Assembly (NCBI RefSeq): GCF_006345805.1
Contig: NC_043021.1
Coordinates: forward strand, 11,098,001 to 11,162,000
Reading direction: 5' to 3'
Length of the DNA: 64,000 nt
Origin: Octopus sinensis
Taxonomy: Eukaryota
Position 1 is the first letter of the stretch; each line of letters begins with the position of its first letter. The translations under genes and the position numbers were made by a program. Positions 26,505-39,359 of the stretch are shown piece after piece. The notes under the pieces were generated by a model, which saw only the letters and a program-made list of their open reading frames with translations, was not told the origin of the DNA and ran no database searches.

Positions 26505-27345
26505 AGGCGGTGATTGTGGTGTTGGTGGTTATAGTGGTTGTGGTGGCGGCGTTGGTTGTGGTGGTGGTGGTGGCGGCGGCGGCGTTGATTGTGGTGGTGG
26601 GGTGGTGGCGGCGGCGTTGATTGTGGTGGTGGTGGTGGTGGCGGCGGCGTTGATTGTGGTGGTTTTGGCGGCGTTGATTGTGGTGGTGGTGGGGGCGTTG
26701 ATTGTGGTAGTGGTGGTGGTGGTAGTGGTGGTCGTCGTCGTATTGCGGGCGGCGTTGGTGGTTATGGTAGCGGTGTTTGTGGTGGTGGCGGCGTTGATTG
26801 TGGTGGTGGTGGTGGTAGTGGTGGTCGTCGTCGTATTGCGGGCGGCGTTGGTGGTTATGGTAGCGGTGTTTGTGGTGGTGATGGTGGTGGTGGCGTTGGC
26901 GATGACTGTGGTAGTGGTGTTAGCAGCAATATTTGTGGTGGTGGTGGTGGAGGTGGTATTTGTGGTGGTTGCGGTGTTTGTTGTAGTAGTGATGGTGGTG
27001 GTTGTGGAGATGGTGGTTGTAGTGAGGTGGTTGTGGTGGTGGTGGCGGTGGCTATGGTTGTGTTGCAGGCGACGGCGGTGGTGGTAATAGCGGTGGCTGT
27101 GGTAGTGGTGTCAGCGGCGGTGGTTGTGTTGGCGATGGTAGCGGTGACAGTCGAGACGGTGGTTGTGGTAGCGGTGATGTCGGCGGCGATCGTGGTCGCA
27201 GCGGTTTGCGGTGGTGATGATGGTGGTGATGGAGGCTATAGGGATGGAGGCGGTGGTGACGACCAAACAGTGATGTTTGTGTTGGTGGTGGCGGTGATGT
27301 CAGTGGTGGTAGTAGAGGCGGCGGCGACTACAGCGATGGCGAAGG
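26505..27345 (+). repeat. Degenerate (GGT/GGC)n array with a ~90-bp internal direct duplication
   Basis: Duplicated block at ~26697-26785 and ~26792-26878. Confidence 0.9.
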
Positions 27346-27457
27346 TGTCGGGGGTCTCTTGCGTCGGCGGCTTGTACGAAAAGATTATCTGCCTTCGTCT
27401 TAAATCTTCTGCTACTCACTTTTTGATTGTTGATTCATAAATCCTTTCATCTAGCAA

Positions 27458-27517
<60 letters not shown>

Positions 27518-27709
27518 AAAGTTAGATAGGTCCAGTTTATGGGATTACCTTAAATTTCACATCCATAAAGGGCTTAGCTTTATGGCGTATCATCGGATCT
27601 CAAAACCAGCAGGCTAAAAGCCCTAGTAGGCCGTGCCTGTACATATTTACAGAAACCACTTGGTCTCTCATGAACATTTTAACCTCGGCTACTCCATTAT
27701 ATATATATA

Positions 27710-28735
27710 CCGTACTAGCAGTATCGCCCGGCGTTGCTCGGGTTTGTAAGGGAAATAACTATATAAGCATTTTTAGAGACTTACTTCCCTTATAGATGCC
27801 AATTCGGGCTTTCTTAGCCATTTCTGTTTTGGTGTCTTCAAGCCATGAAGTCGTTGTTCTAAAAGAACGCTGGTCTCCTTGACAACGCTTTACGACGTTG
27901 ATTTCCTTACACTCCCTTCCCCACAGCTTCACGAGGGAGGGAAGAAGGGGGAGAAGCAAACAGGTGCAGGTGTGACCATGGACGCCAACTCCGCTGCCAT
28001 CGACACACGAAAAATTATGCATTAAAATGGAATAAAAAATGATGTTAAATTATTTTTAATATCGTAGACTCATCGTAGACGCGCGCTAATACCCAGACGG
28101 GCTCGATATGAATCACGACTATAAGATACCCGAATTTGGTTAAACTGCACCGCAAAATGTGGGAGTAGTTAGGAATCTAAATCGAAGGGGACAGACACTC
28201 ACACAACTACAGTTTTATATATATAGATATCCTCGAGTATAATCCGCATTTTTTCCCCAAAATTTAAAGGCCAAAATCCCTAGTGCGTACTATATACGAG
28301 GTTAAAAATGAAAATTATTTTCTAAGCAATGACCGAGTCTCTATTTGCTGTCCGGCAATGTTTATTCAGATGCATTTTCTGATGTCTGGCGCGAAAATAC
28401 CTTAAGCTAAGCCTGAAAGCAATGAAGTCATAAAAGAATCATCCATAACTTGCAGTAAGCCAACATTTATTAAACATTATTACTGTTATTTCTTTATTTT
28501 CTGCAAACAAAATGCACAAAAAAGCTACACATTTGCATTATGTTATATATACAATAATAATAAAGGATGTTACCGTATACATTTTTACAAACCAGGGACG
28601 TTATATAGGCCTCCTTGACTCAAGTTGGAGAAGGGGTGCGTATTATACACAAGGTTTAGGTTTTTCAGAGGTACAGCCCCTTAAAAATTCCCTGCGTATT
28701 ATACTCAAGGGCGGACTATATTCAAGGATTTACGG
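27710..28735. mobile_element. Tc1/pogo-like MITE (CCGTA termini, TA TSD, ~513 bp) interrupted by a Helitron inside its left TIR
   Basis: Removing 27715-28227 restores TA-CCGTATATCCTCGAGTATAATCCGC; right end reads CCGTAAATCCTTGAATATAGTCCGC-TA. Confidence 0.75.
27715..28227 (-). mobile_element. Non-autonomous Helitron, 513 bp
   Basis: 5'-TC, 3'-CTAG, subterminal hairpin cccgagcaacgccgggc, inserted between A and T with no TSD; 3' ~60 bp shared with the 39450 and 62533 copies. Confidence 0.85.
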
Positions 28736-31357
28736 TATATATAGCTTTGGTCGGCCCGATGCTATAGTAGAAGACGCTCTCCCAAGGAACATGGAATCAT
28801 GTGGTTGGGAAGCAAGATTCTTACCTCACAACCATACCTGCAACAAATCAACAAATTTTCCCTTTTTTTTTTTTGAATACTTTGAATACTAAATTTTGAT
28901 GTTTGACATGATAATTATTAATACGTGTTGTTAGCGCTCATCAGTGAAGTGTGGCCTTTTCAAAACTGCTTTTGTCTTTTATTGGCAGAAGCTTATACAA
29001 GCTGAAGAAATGTTACGAAGATTTTAATTTTTCCTCTCTTTTTTTCTTTTTTCTTTTTGTGGGGAGGTTAAATATAATTCCAAGATAACGGAAAATAAGA
29101 TGAGGTAAGGGAAGTAACTTATGTAAGCCAGTAATTCGAAGCGAAGTACCAAAGGTGGCTTCTAGCCTACATCACGGAGGAGGCAAAAGAAATCTCAGAG
29201 GACTGACAACTGACTTTCAGACAACAATAAAATACTAAAAAAAAAAAAAAGACGGGCAGATATGAAGAAAGAAATAAGAATGAATAAATAAATAAATAAA
29301 TGAAAGAAAGAAAGAAAATAATGTTGACGCGAGGGAGAGATAGTATATATTCTTTTCTTTTGGAGAGGGGTCCAGTCGATTAGATCGACCTCAGTACGCA
29401 ACTGGTACTTAATCTATCGAACCCGAAAGGATGAAAGGCAAAGACGACCTAGCCGGAGCCTCGTGGAACTTAGGTATTTTTGCTCAATAAACACTCACAA
29501 TGCCCGGTCCGGGAATCAAAACCGCGTTCTTACGACCGCGAGTCCGCTGCCCGAACCACTGGGCCATTGCGCCTCCACATTTGCTGCTGTTGCTGTTATT
29601 GTTGTTGTTGTTCTTCTGACTGTGTGTGTGTGGGGGGGGATAGGTTGTGTTTGTGGTGTTGTTGGTTGAGGTAGTGTTTCAGGTGTTTGTGGTAGTGGTG
29701 GTGATGTACTGTCTGTTTTGGGTGCATTTAGCTTCGTAGCTTTTTCTTTTTTTCTTTCCCTTCTCCACCGTTTGTTTCGATGAGAATTGTTCTTTGCTCA
29801 CGGATTTGCTTTTCTTCCTGTCTTTTCTTCGTTTTCTTTTTTTTGTTTTTGCTTTCCACTCCTCGTCCCGATCAGACTCCACATGTGATGTCTGCTCGCT
29901 CGCTCGCTCGCTATCGGAGCTGAGAAGCATCTGGAGGAATTTGGTGTTGGTGTGGTAAGTATTGGTGCTGCCGTGGTTCATGTTGTTGATGATGATGATG
30001 GTGCTGCTGCTGTTGTTGTTGTTTGAGTTTTGGTGGCTGTTGTTGGTATTAAGAGGAAAAGTGCCCTCTTTTCTTTTTTCTTTCAATTTAGAGCAGAAAG
30101 TTTTTTTTAGCTGATTGCTTGAAAGGTAAATGTGGTACTTTGTCTTCTTTCCATCCACTCTGATTGGAGTGATAATGCATGCCTCCAGGAAGATGAATCT
30201 GGTCTGAGATGACATCCACATTTTTTTCACTGGTTTGGATGAGGACCTCTAGCGTCATCCTCGACCAGTTCTCCTTTTTAGTCTGATAGACCGCGGATTT
30301 TTTTAGTTCTTCTCGGTGCCTATTGCAACCGTTGCAATTAGCTAAGGAATGGCTGTTACTGGCGGAGCCTGCTGTATAATTATCATCTTCGTCAGTCTCT
30401 GGCCGCAGTAAAAGGGAACCAACAGCAGCTCCTCGCTTTTGAGGGATTTTAGCCGCTTCCTCTTTGTATGTATTTTTTTAGGTTCCAAACGGAACCTAAA
30501 GCTTTTGGGATTTGAGCCTCTGTGACTCTTTCTACCCTCCTTGACTTTAAATCCAATTGTACGGTACGTCACAGAACGACATGTCATTCTTTGGCTAGTA
30601 TCAATGGTGGTATTTAGCTTGACAGCCAGCCCATATCATTCGACTAGCTGTCTGACATTTCTGACAATCCTCTTCAGAGAATTAAATTCTCCGATGAGAG
30701 GACATGGTGGCACTAGCGAAAGAAAGTCTAATGCTGTTCCAAGCCTTTGCTCCGGCTTGCTGCTCAGTATCTTCGTCGTTGTTATCGTTGTTGTTGTTGC
30801 TGCTGTTGTTGTTGTCACCTTTACTATAGTTGTTGTTGTTATTGTTGCTGTTATTGTTGTTTGTTCTGCTGTCGACACCGTCTGACGATTCACACACGAA
30901 AGTGCCTTCATTGTTTTATATTTTCGTAGATGTCTTCTAGCTGTCCTCTTTGTTGTGCTTCCAAAATAATGTTTTTTTTGTGATCGGAGCCGCTGTTATT
31001 TTTTGAAAGATGCTTCAAAAGATCTTTCACGGAAAAAAAAAACAAATGGGCCTCTGGTAATTTTTTTGATTGTTTTCTATAAAAGCAGACCTCTCGTCTG
31101 CTTTTTGAGATAAGGCGCCATAGCGCGTCGCGCTTGCATCCTGTCCTATTGTCATTTGGTGACCCTTCTCACGTATGAGCGTCACCGCATTCAGTCTAGG
31201 TTTTTCCATGTAGATGGGGAAAACGCAAACGACTTTTCACTGAAAATTAAGTCAATTGACCCGACCCCAAAACTGAGGGACAAAATGAGAAAAGAAACGC
31301 ACAAGTCGACAGCAAACTTGTCCACGATGGTATAAACTTCAAGGTTGTAAATATACG

Positions 31358-31511
31358 GGATCTTTTCCTTTTGATGGACGGAATTTTCTAGCCAACAAAA
31401 CAATTTGAAACTTCGTATACTGGTAGAATGTGTCAAAAGAAAACAATATTGTAAACAAAATTGAAAACAAAATTGTAATTTGTAATTCCGTCCATCAAAA
31501 GGAAAAGATCC
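31358..31511. mobile_element. 154-bp MITE, perfect 28-bp TIRs, 8-bp TSD (Merlin-like GG termini)
   Basis: TIR GGATCTTTTCCTTTTGATGGACGGAATT; TSD AATATACG at 31350-31357 and 31512-31519; related half-elements end at 22581 and 40247. Confidence 0.85.
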
Positions 31512-32636
31512 AATATACGTATTATGTGTTCTTCCTTACAAAAATCACGGAACGAGGGCATGCGTGACTTGCCAAGCTGACGGCCATAATAATAATAATA
31601 ATTATTATTATTATTATTATTATTATTATGGGCCCGGTTTCCTGGTTTCAATGGCGTATGTGTTCCCCAGCTGGACGGGACGCCAGTCCATCGCAGCGTT
31701 ACTCATTTTTTGCCAGCTGAGTGGACTGGAGCAACGTGAAATGAAGTGTTTTGCTCAAGAACACAACACATTGCCCGGTCCGGGAATCGAAACCACAATC
31801 TTCCGACCATGATGCTGACACCCTAACCACTAAGCCACGCACTAATAGCTTACATCTGTAAAAAATAATCTGCAAGTTTTTTTTAATTTTAAATTTCAAC
31901 TGTAAATTGTAACCATTAATTTAATTAGGGATATCTACTTTCACTTATTTAATTGACCACCAGGCTGAATGATTTTAAGATCATTTAATCAATTAGCTGG
32001 AAAATTAGTTGTTAATTAGGCAAGTCAAATAATTTTTTTTTAGGTGTATCGCAACCAGCAGTCACTAATTATGGCCACTTTCCCTAGTTATTACCTCCCC
32101 TTGACCAGAAATATTTCAATAACTTTCCACCGGTATTTTTCACCGGTATTTTTACTAATTCCACATTCATATTAACAAACTGTTGGACATTTTCCAACCC
32201 TGACCGTCTTACTTCCTAAGTGTCCGAATAGGTTCCTCTCTTAACATTCAGTCCATAATATTATTTTTTAATTCTAGTATTACTACCATAAGTGGAGGCG
32301 CTTAACTGCTAAGTTACGGGGACATAAACACACCAGCATCGGTTGTCAAGCGATGGCGGGGGAATGGACAAACACAAAGACACACACACAAATATATACA
32401 TATATATATATGAATATACGACGGGTTTCTTTCAGTTTCCGTCAACCAAATCTACTCACAAGGCTTTGGCTGGCCCGAAGTTATAGTGGAAGGCACTTAC
32501 CCAAGTTGCCACGCAGTGGGATTGAACCCGGAACCATGTGGTTGGGAAGCAAGCAATCTTCTTACCGCACAGCCATATATATATACATACATGTATATAT
32601 ATATATATACATACATGCATATATATATATACTTAC

Positions 32637-32678
<42 letters not shown>

Positions 32679-32762
32679 ACACACACACATATATATATAT
32701 ACTTACATATATATATACACACATACATACATATATATATATATATATAATATATATATATA

Positions 32763-32821
<59 letters not shown>

Positions 32822-32840
32822 ATACATATATACATCATAC

Positions 32841-32892
<52 letters not shown>

Positions 32893-33191
32893 ATACATGC
32901 ATAATATATATATATATAAACATACACACATACGTACGTACATACATATATATAATCCTGTTACTATCAAATTGAGTCAAAATGTATTATTTTACCAAAA
33001 AATCTGTTCGTAAGTCGTTCAACATAACATACCCACACATATACATAAAAAAAGTCTCTGTACTTTAATACTGTTCGTTACCCTTGACCTCCATTAACGA
33101 AAACAATAAATAAAACGTCTCTTACGCTTCCTCTCCGCTTTTCTGCAGTAACAGATTGTGTTGTCGTCACTCCCTTTCTCTCGCAGCCTCA

Positions 33192-33265
<74 letters not shown>

Positions 33266-33310
33266 CGTCCGTCCGTCCGTCCATCCATCCATCCATCCAT
33301 CCATCCATCC

Positions 33311-33392
<82 letters not shown>

Positions 33393-34239
33393 TTGTCTAT
33401 CTATCCATCTATCTGTCTATCTAAATTTAAAAATAGGATAAAATCTTTATAAGAATTTATGAAGTAGTCAGCGTGAACAACTTCAAAAGGGAAAAATTTT
33501 ATTAATTATTCCCTTTAAATACATTTATTTATATTAAGGGCATTACTACACGTAAATGCCCTTATACGAAAATGCCCTTAGACGAAATACCTATTCTTAA
33601 CTACCACAAGGGGCTAAACGCAGAGAGGACAAACAAGGACAGACAAACGGAGTAAGTCGATTACATCGACCTCAGTGTATAACTGGTACTTATTTAATCG
33701 ACCCCGAAAGGATGAAAGGCAAAGTCGACCTCCGCGGAATTTGAACTCAGAACGTACCGGCAGACGGAATACCTATTTCTTTACTGACTACAAGGGGCTA
33801 AACACTGAGAGGTCAAACAAGGACAGACAAACGGATTAAGTCGATTATATCGACCGCAGTGCGTAACTGGTACTTAATTTATCGACCCCGAAAGGATGAA
33901 AGGCAAAGTGGACCTCGGCGGTATTTTAACTCAGAACGTAACGGCAGACGAAATACGGTTATGCATTTCGCCCGGCGTGTTAACGTTTCTGCCAGCTCGC
34001 CGCCTTTACATACGTATATTGAGAAAAGAATGAGCTGACTCCAACGAAATCTGTTAAGAATGTTTATGACTAGTTGAAATACCGGGCGTTGCCCGAGTTG
34101 AAAACTCGAGGAATATATGCTAACATTGCAAAGCAATTTATCTTCTGAAAAAAAAATTACTCTCTGAGGACGTGGAACTAGTACTGGATGCTCAGGAACA
34201 AGTTATTCGACGCTCAGGAAAGGAAAGAAAAGAAAGAGG

Positions 34240-34274
34240 ATTTCACGTTTCGAGCGGAGCTCTTCATCAGAAAT
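34240..34274 (-). ncRNA. Minimal hammerhead-like motif, core intact but cleavage triplet GUG (probably inactive)
   Basis: attt-CTGATGA-a-GAGC-tcc-GCTC-GAAACGT-G-aaat. Confidence 0.5.
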
Positions 34275-34321
34275 ATAGAAAAGTCCAAAGAAAGAAGGAA
34301 ACGGAAAAAGAATATATAATA

Positions 34322-34352
<31 letters not shown>

Positions 34353-35022
34353 CCAATATATAACAAAGTGAGTTGTAAGGTACCGCACGAGTGGAATTAT
34401 ATATGAAAGAAGGTTTGAAAATGCAATTTAAAAGATGTTTATTTACTTTACCGGTTTCACTTTTTAGAAAAAGATTGTCAAAGTAACATGTAAAAGTTTG
34501 GTTGTGTTAATTATTGGTTGTCACAAAATGCTACAATACATACATACAAACAAAAATACTCTGTTGTTGATGTTGAAATTCCAATGAAGGAGCCTTGGAT
34601 TTAGGTTAGAAACCGGTTCTTTCTCTATTGGCAAGAAATCTTTATTTTTTTTCTTCATTGAATTTCAATATAGTCGTTACCTACACCATGTGAACGGTAT
34701 TTGTAGAAAATTTCACTAAAAAGAAAATGTCCGTTTTCTGAAGGTTATGAAGAAACAAAGTCAATGGAGGAAACACTTTCTGTAGGTATAAACGGAAAAC
34801 TATCAGTCATGCTTGTAAGATGGAAATAGAGAAATACACTCCTCATCAACAATAAAATAACAGAAATGTTTAGATAAAGGAAAACGAGAACATTTGAGTA
34901 GAGACATAACACTTAAACAAGAACTCTGAACTACCTTTCTACGAATGGTCTGCCTATTTCTCTGATATCTGACGAGGAATGCTACAGATACTTGGGAAAA
35001 AATTATTGTTATTATTATGAGC

Positions 35023-35330
35023 GTGGAGGCGCATGGCCTAGTGGTTAGAGCAGCGGACTCGCGGTCGAGGGATCGCGGGTTCGAATCTCAGACCGGGCAA
35101 TGTGTGTTTATGAGCGAAACGCCTAAGCTCCACGTCGCTCCGGCAGAAGGTGGTGGCGAACTTGTGCTGATTCTTTCGCCACAACTTTCTCTTACTCTTT
35201 CTTCCTGCATCTTGCAGCTCACCTGCGACGGACCGGCGTCTCGTCCAGGTGGGGAACCTATACGCCAAGGAAACCGGGGAAACCGGCCCTTATGAGCCAG
35301 GCATGGCTCGAAAAGGAACAAACAACAACA
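35023..35330 (+). mobile_element. tRNA-derived SINE (related head, different body; (AAC)n tail); partial relative at ~29400-29575(-)
   Basis: GGCGCATGGCCTAGTGGTTAGAGC..GGTTCGAATCTC head; body with ggcgtctcgtccagg motif. Confidence 0.75.
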
Positions 35331-35529
35331 ACATTATTATGACCGGGTTCCAACTCGGACCCTTCTCTCTTTTTTGGCCTTTCAATAGGTTAATACTGAC
35401 AGGGGTCGCATACTCCTTCTGTCGATTGCATTTCCTCATTAGTAGAGACGGGATCTACTTTGGTGAGGCAGAAATTGCGAGGATCCAAGGAATCAGTCCA
35501 TCGCATTCCAACCTCCGGCAATTCAAGGC

Positions 35530-36300
35530 TGGGATTCGTTTTATCATTAAGGTTTATTTCTACTAGCTATGTTTGGAATAGATGAAAGTATTTCCTATGA
35601 AAGAACCTTAAACAAAGAGTGTGTAAGCGTGGAATATACGACCAGGATAAAGAAAATTTGGTCCTTAGAATGTTCTCCACGCAATATGTTTGCCGCACCA
35701 GTGCTCATACCAACATTTGAACGACTTGATTGGACACTGATTAAGATTCGAGATATTGATGTTAAAACCCCCAAAACGATAAACTAAGTCAGGAACTTCC
35801 CCATAGCAGTGACATATGCTACTTTAACTTAAAACTAAAATAACGGAACAGAAGCGTAGCACCAGTCCAAACAGCCTTTGAATGTCGTATCGTATGCTTT
35901 CGACACCTACAAACTACCAAACGCTGAAGTCCGCCATTGGACAAATCTGTATACACGAGAGCGCTAACATCATAAAAGTCGGAAAGGAGATAATGAAAAA
36001 AGTAATCCCTAACTGCTGTTTTGATGCATACGACTGAGTAACACAATTTTTGTCTCTGTGTAGCAAGTGTTATTTCTTCTTTGCTTACCCTAGAAAATAT
36101 GAAACTGGCTAATATTTCCTTGAAAGTGTGCTTTTGTTACGGTATTTATTGAAACCCCCCAAAGAATCCCTACGATGTTCCTCCACAACTCCTGCTCATG
36201 ATCAGGGATGTTCGTATTGTCAGCCACTAAGGGACGTGCTCAACTGGTTAAGGTCAAGCAACCGACAAGCAAATTTGTGGTATTGAACAGAATATTTGCT
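35530..36300 (+). pseudogene. Heavily decayed non-LTR retrotransposon RT C-terminal region, R4/Dong-like
   Basis: Across frameshifts: (FYKYL)GIDESI..EYTTRIKKIWSLECSPRN..APVLIPTF..LDWT..IRDIDVKT..D..Y..LK...R.V..VQTAFE..WLRSS; resembles the YKYLG..EYxxRxxKI..AVPVL.YSFG.IDWT..LDxKT..DRLY.PR..GGRGL pattern. Confidence 0.6.
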
Positions 36301-37431
36301 ACAACGATTTCTGTTTCAGCAACTCGGTCTTGAATTTGTCTGAAATGGAATGGAAAACAGGTCAGTTTGAAAATATTGATGTCCATGTCACAAGAGCAAA
36401 GTTTGAAGGGAATAGTAGTGATTTCCTTTGATTTCTCGATAAAGGCAAATAGGAAATAACACTTGATGACCAAAGACAAAAATAAATAAATAAAATGTTC
36501 GTTGAACAGCGTAATTAATTAAACATTAATTGCAGTGTTATTAATTAATTACCCAAATCATCGTGAATATAATCTATACTTATCTCAGTTTTAATTTGTT
36601 TTTGGTGGGGAGGGTACGATAAAAACTTTTTTAAAATGCGTAATCGTGATGTGCCCTATTACATTACATTACATTTGGTATATTATTTATTCATTGTGTT
36701 GTCGGCTGCAAAAAGCAATGACGGAGGCTGCTTCGTTGTTTCAAAGTGGCTCCAACGAGTTGACAAAGCAGAAGCAACAATGTACTCTAAAGGAGGCAAA
36801 CAAAACAAGCCAGACGATTAGTCAGGGTTAAGCAGACGACAAAGTGAAACAAAGACGCTACATTTCAACATGGCAGACAGATGCAGCAGCAGCAACTGGT
36901 CACAGCAAAGTGAAACAACGAAGCTCAAACTATTTATGGAATCAGCTATTCAACAAGTGTGTGTATATGTATCCAATTAATTATCACTGGGACTTGTGTG
37001 CATTAAATAAATTAATGAGATAAAGCAAAAACTTGATAGATCACGCGGATGAGGCAACGACGACGACGACGAAGAAGTATCGAGCGAACTCCTTATAGGA
37101 CCCTCGACTTGCTAGAAATAGCAGCTAAATTCTGTACTAATCACATTTTACCGTCTTTGAGTAAAAAAAAATAAAAATAGACATTCGGTAATATGTTTTA
37201 TCTTTTACTTGTTTTGGTCATTTGAATGCGGCCATGTTGGGGCACCGCCTTGAAGGGTTTTACTCGAACAAATCGACTCGAAGACATTTTTTAAAGCCTA
37301 GTACTTATTCTAAGTACCCTTTTGCCGAACCGCTAAGTTACGGAGATGTAAACAAGCCAACTCCAGTTGTCAAGCAGTGGTAAGAGACAAACACAGGACA
37401 CAAAGACACACACACACACGCATACACACAC

Positions 37432-37512
<81 letters not shown>

Positions 37513-37989
37513 CCTACCTACCTACCTACCTACTTACTCACCTGTCTATCTATCTTTCTATCTATCTGTCTGTCTGTCTGTCAGAATGTGTGACGAAAGA
37601 CATTTGACAGACAAATAAACTAAAAATAATAGTAATTAAGCTAAAGAGAAGATCAAATAAATAGTGCGTGTATTTAATTTGCAAAAGACGAACCATCCTC
37701 TAGTATAACACTATTTGTTTCAACACACTATTTCACATCAAGAATCTTGCAAAACAAATACATTAACGTTTCCGTCCATCCATCCCTCCATCCATCCGTC
37801 CGTCCGTCCATCCATCCATACACACATCACTAGAACTGTAAAAATCTGTGAAACTTTCCAAAAGTTTATTATTTAAATATATATGAGCTTGTCTCGGTAT
37901 GCAACTATAGGCATGAGAATACATACATAGAACAAAACATACAAATCTGCACATATACATACATACATACATACATGCATGCATACAAA

Positions 37990-38334
37990 AATACCCATTT
38001 GTTTGATGTTGAAATTACAATGGAGCCTTGGATCTAGGTTAGAAACCGGTTCTTTCTGTACTAGCACGAAATCTTGAAATAAAACTAAACAATGACATAC
38101 ATACATACATACATACATACACATCCTGTTGATGTTGAAATCCCAATGATGGAGACTTGGATCTAGGTTAGAAACCGGTTCTTTCTCAATTGGCAAGAAA
38201 TCTTGAAATAAAACTAGACAATGACATTCATTCATACATACATACATGCATACATACATACATGCATGCATGCATGCATACATACATACATACATACATG
38301 CATACATACATACATACATACATACATACATACA

Positions 38335-38366
<32 letters not shown>

Positions 38367-38547
38367 CGTCCTGTTGATGTTGAAATTCCAATGATGGAGC
38401 CTTGGATCTAGGTTAGAAACCGGTTCTTTCTCAATTGGCAAGAAATCTTGAAATAAAACTAGACAATGACATTCATTCATACATACATACATGCATACAT
38501 ACATACATGCATGCATGCATGCATACATACATACATACATACATGCA

Positions 38548-38579
<32 letters not shown>

Positions 38580-38900
38580 CGTCCTGTTGATGTTGAAATT
38601 CCAATGATGGAGCCTTGGATCTAGGTTAGAAACCGATTCTTTCTCAATTGGCAAGAAATCTTGAAATAAAACTAGACAATGACATTCATTCATACATACA
38701 TACATGCATACATACATACATGCATGCATGCATACATACATACATACATACATACATACATACATACATACAACATACTACATACTACATATACGTCCTG
38801 TTGATTTGAAATTCAAGATGGAGCCTTGGATCTAGGTTAGAAACCGTTTCTTCTCAATTGCAAGAAATCTTGAAATAAAACTGAATAATGACATACATAC
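37990..38900 (+). repeat. Five tandem ~105-bp units separated by (ATAC/ATGC)n; dispersed relative at ~34545-34640
   Basis: Units start at ~38000, 38125, 38370, 38583, 38797. Confidence 0.9.
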
Positions 38901-38903
38901 TAC

Positions 38904-38968
<65 letters not shown>

Positions 38969-39359
38969 GACAGACAGACAGACAGACTGACAGTGAGAGA
39001 GAGAGAGAGAGGGAGAGAGAGATGGAGATAGAGAGCCAGCTGAACAGTCAGAGGGAGGGAGGAAGGAGTCAGTGAGAGAAAAAGGAAGAAATCACTAAAT
39101 AATAAAGTCTTCGGTTTGAAATGGCAAACTTCCCTCTTCTCTCTCGTTACTCTTCGCGTCAAACTAATTTCCTCCACTTCTCCTCCAAGTGTTTATTACC
39201 AACTAATTAGCCAATATTAGACAATGATTATAGTGTTTATGGATTGTGCTGTTAACCAATTAATGTAATGATTCTGAAGACTATTACAAATAATGAGTGC
39301 GGCGACAGGTTGGGGGTGGTGGTCAGTGGGAGGAAACATGATAGAGAAGTAAATATTTA

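Noticed and set aside
34680-34990. Possible degenerate GIY-YIG endonuclease tail of a Penelope element
   Set aside because: The resemblance (EIEKY..ENI..LNK) is too weak and broken by stops to call without an HMM search.
37990-38900. Repeat-spacer appearance resembling a CRISPR array
   Set aside because: Eukaryotic locus; units are ~105 bp, 'spacers' are ATAC microsatellites, and there are no cas genes.
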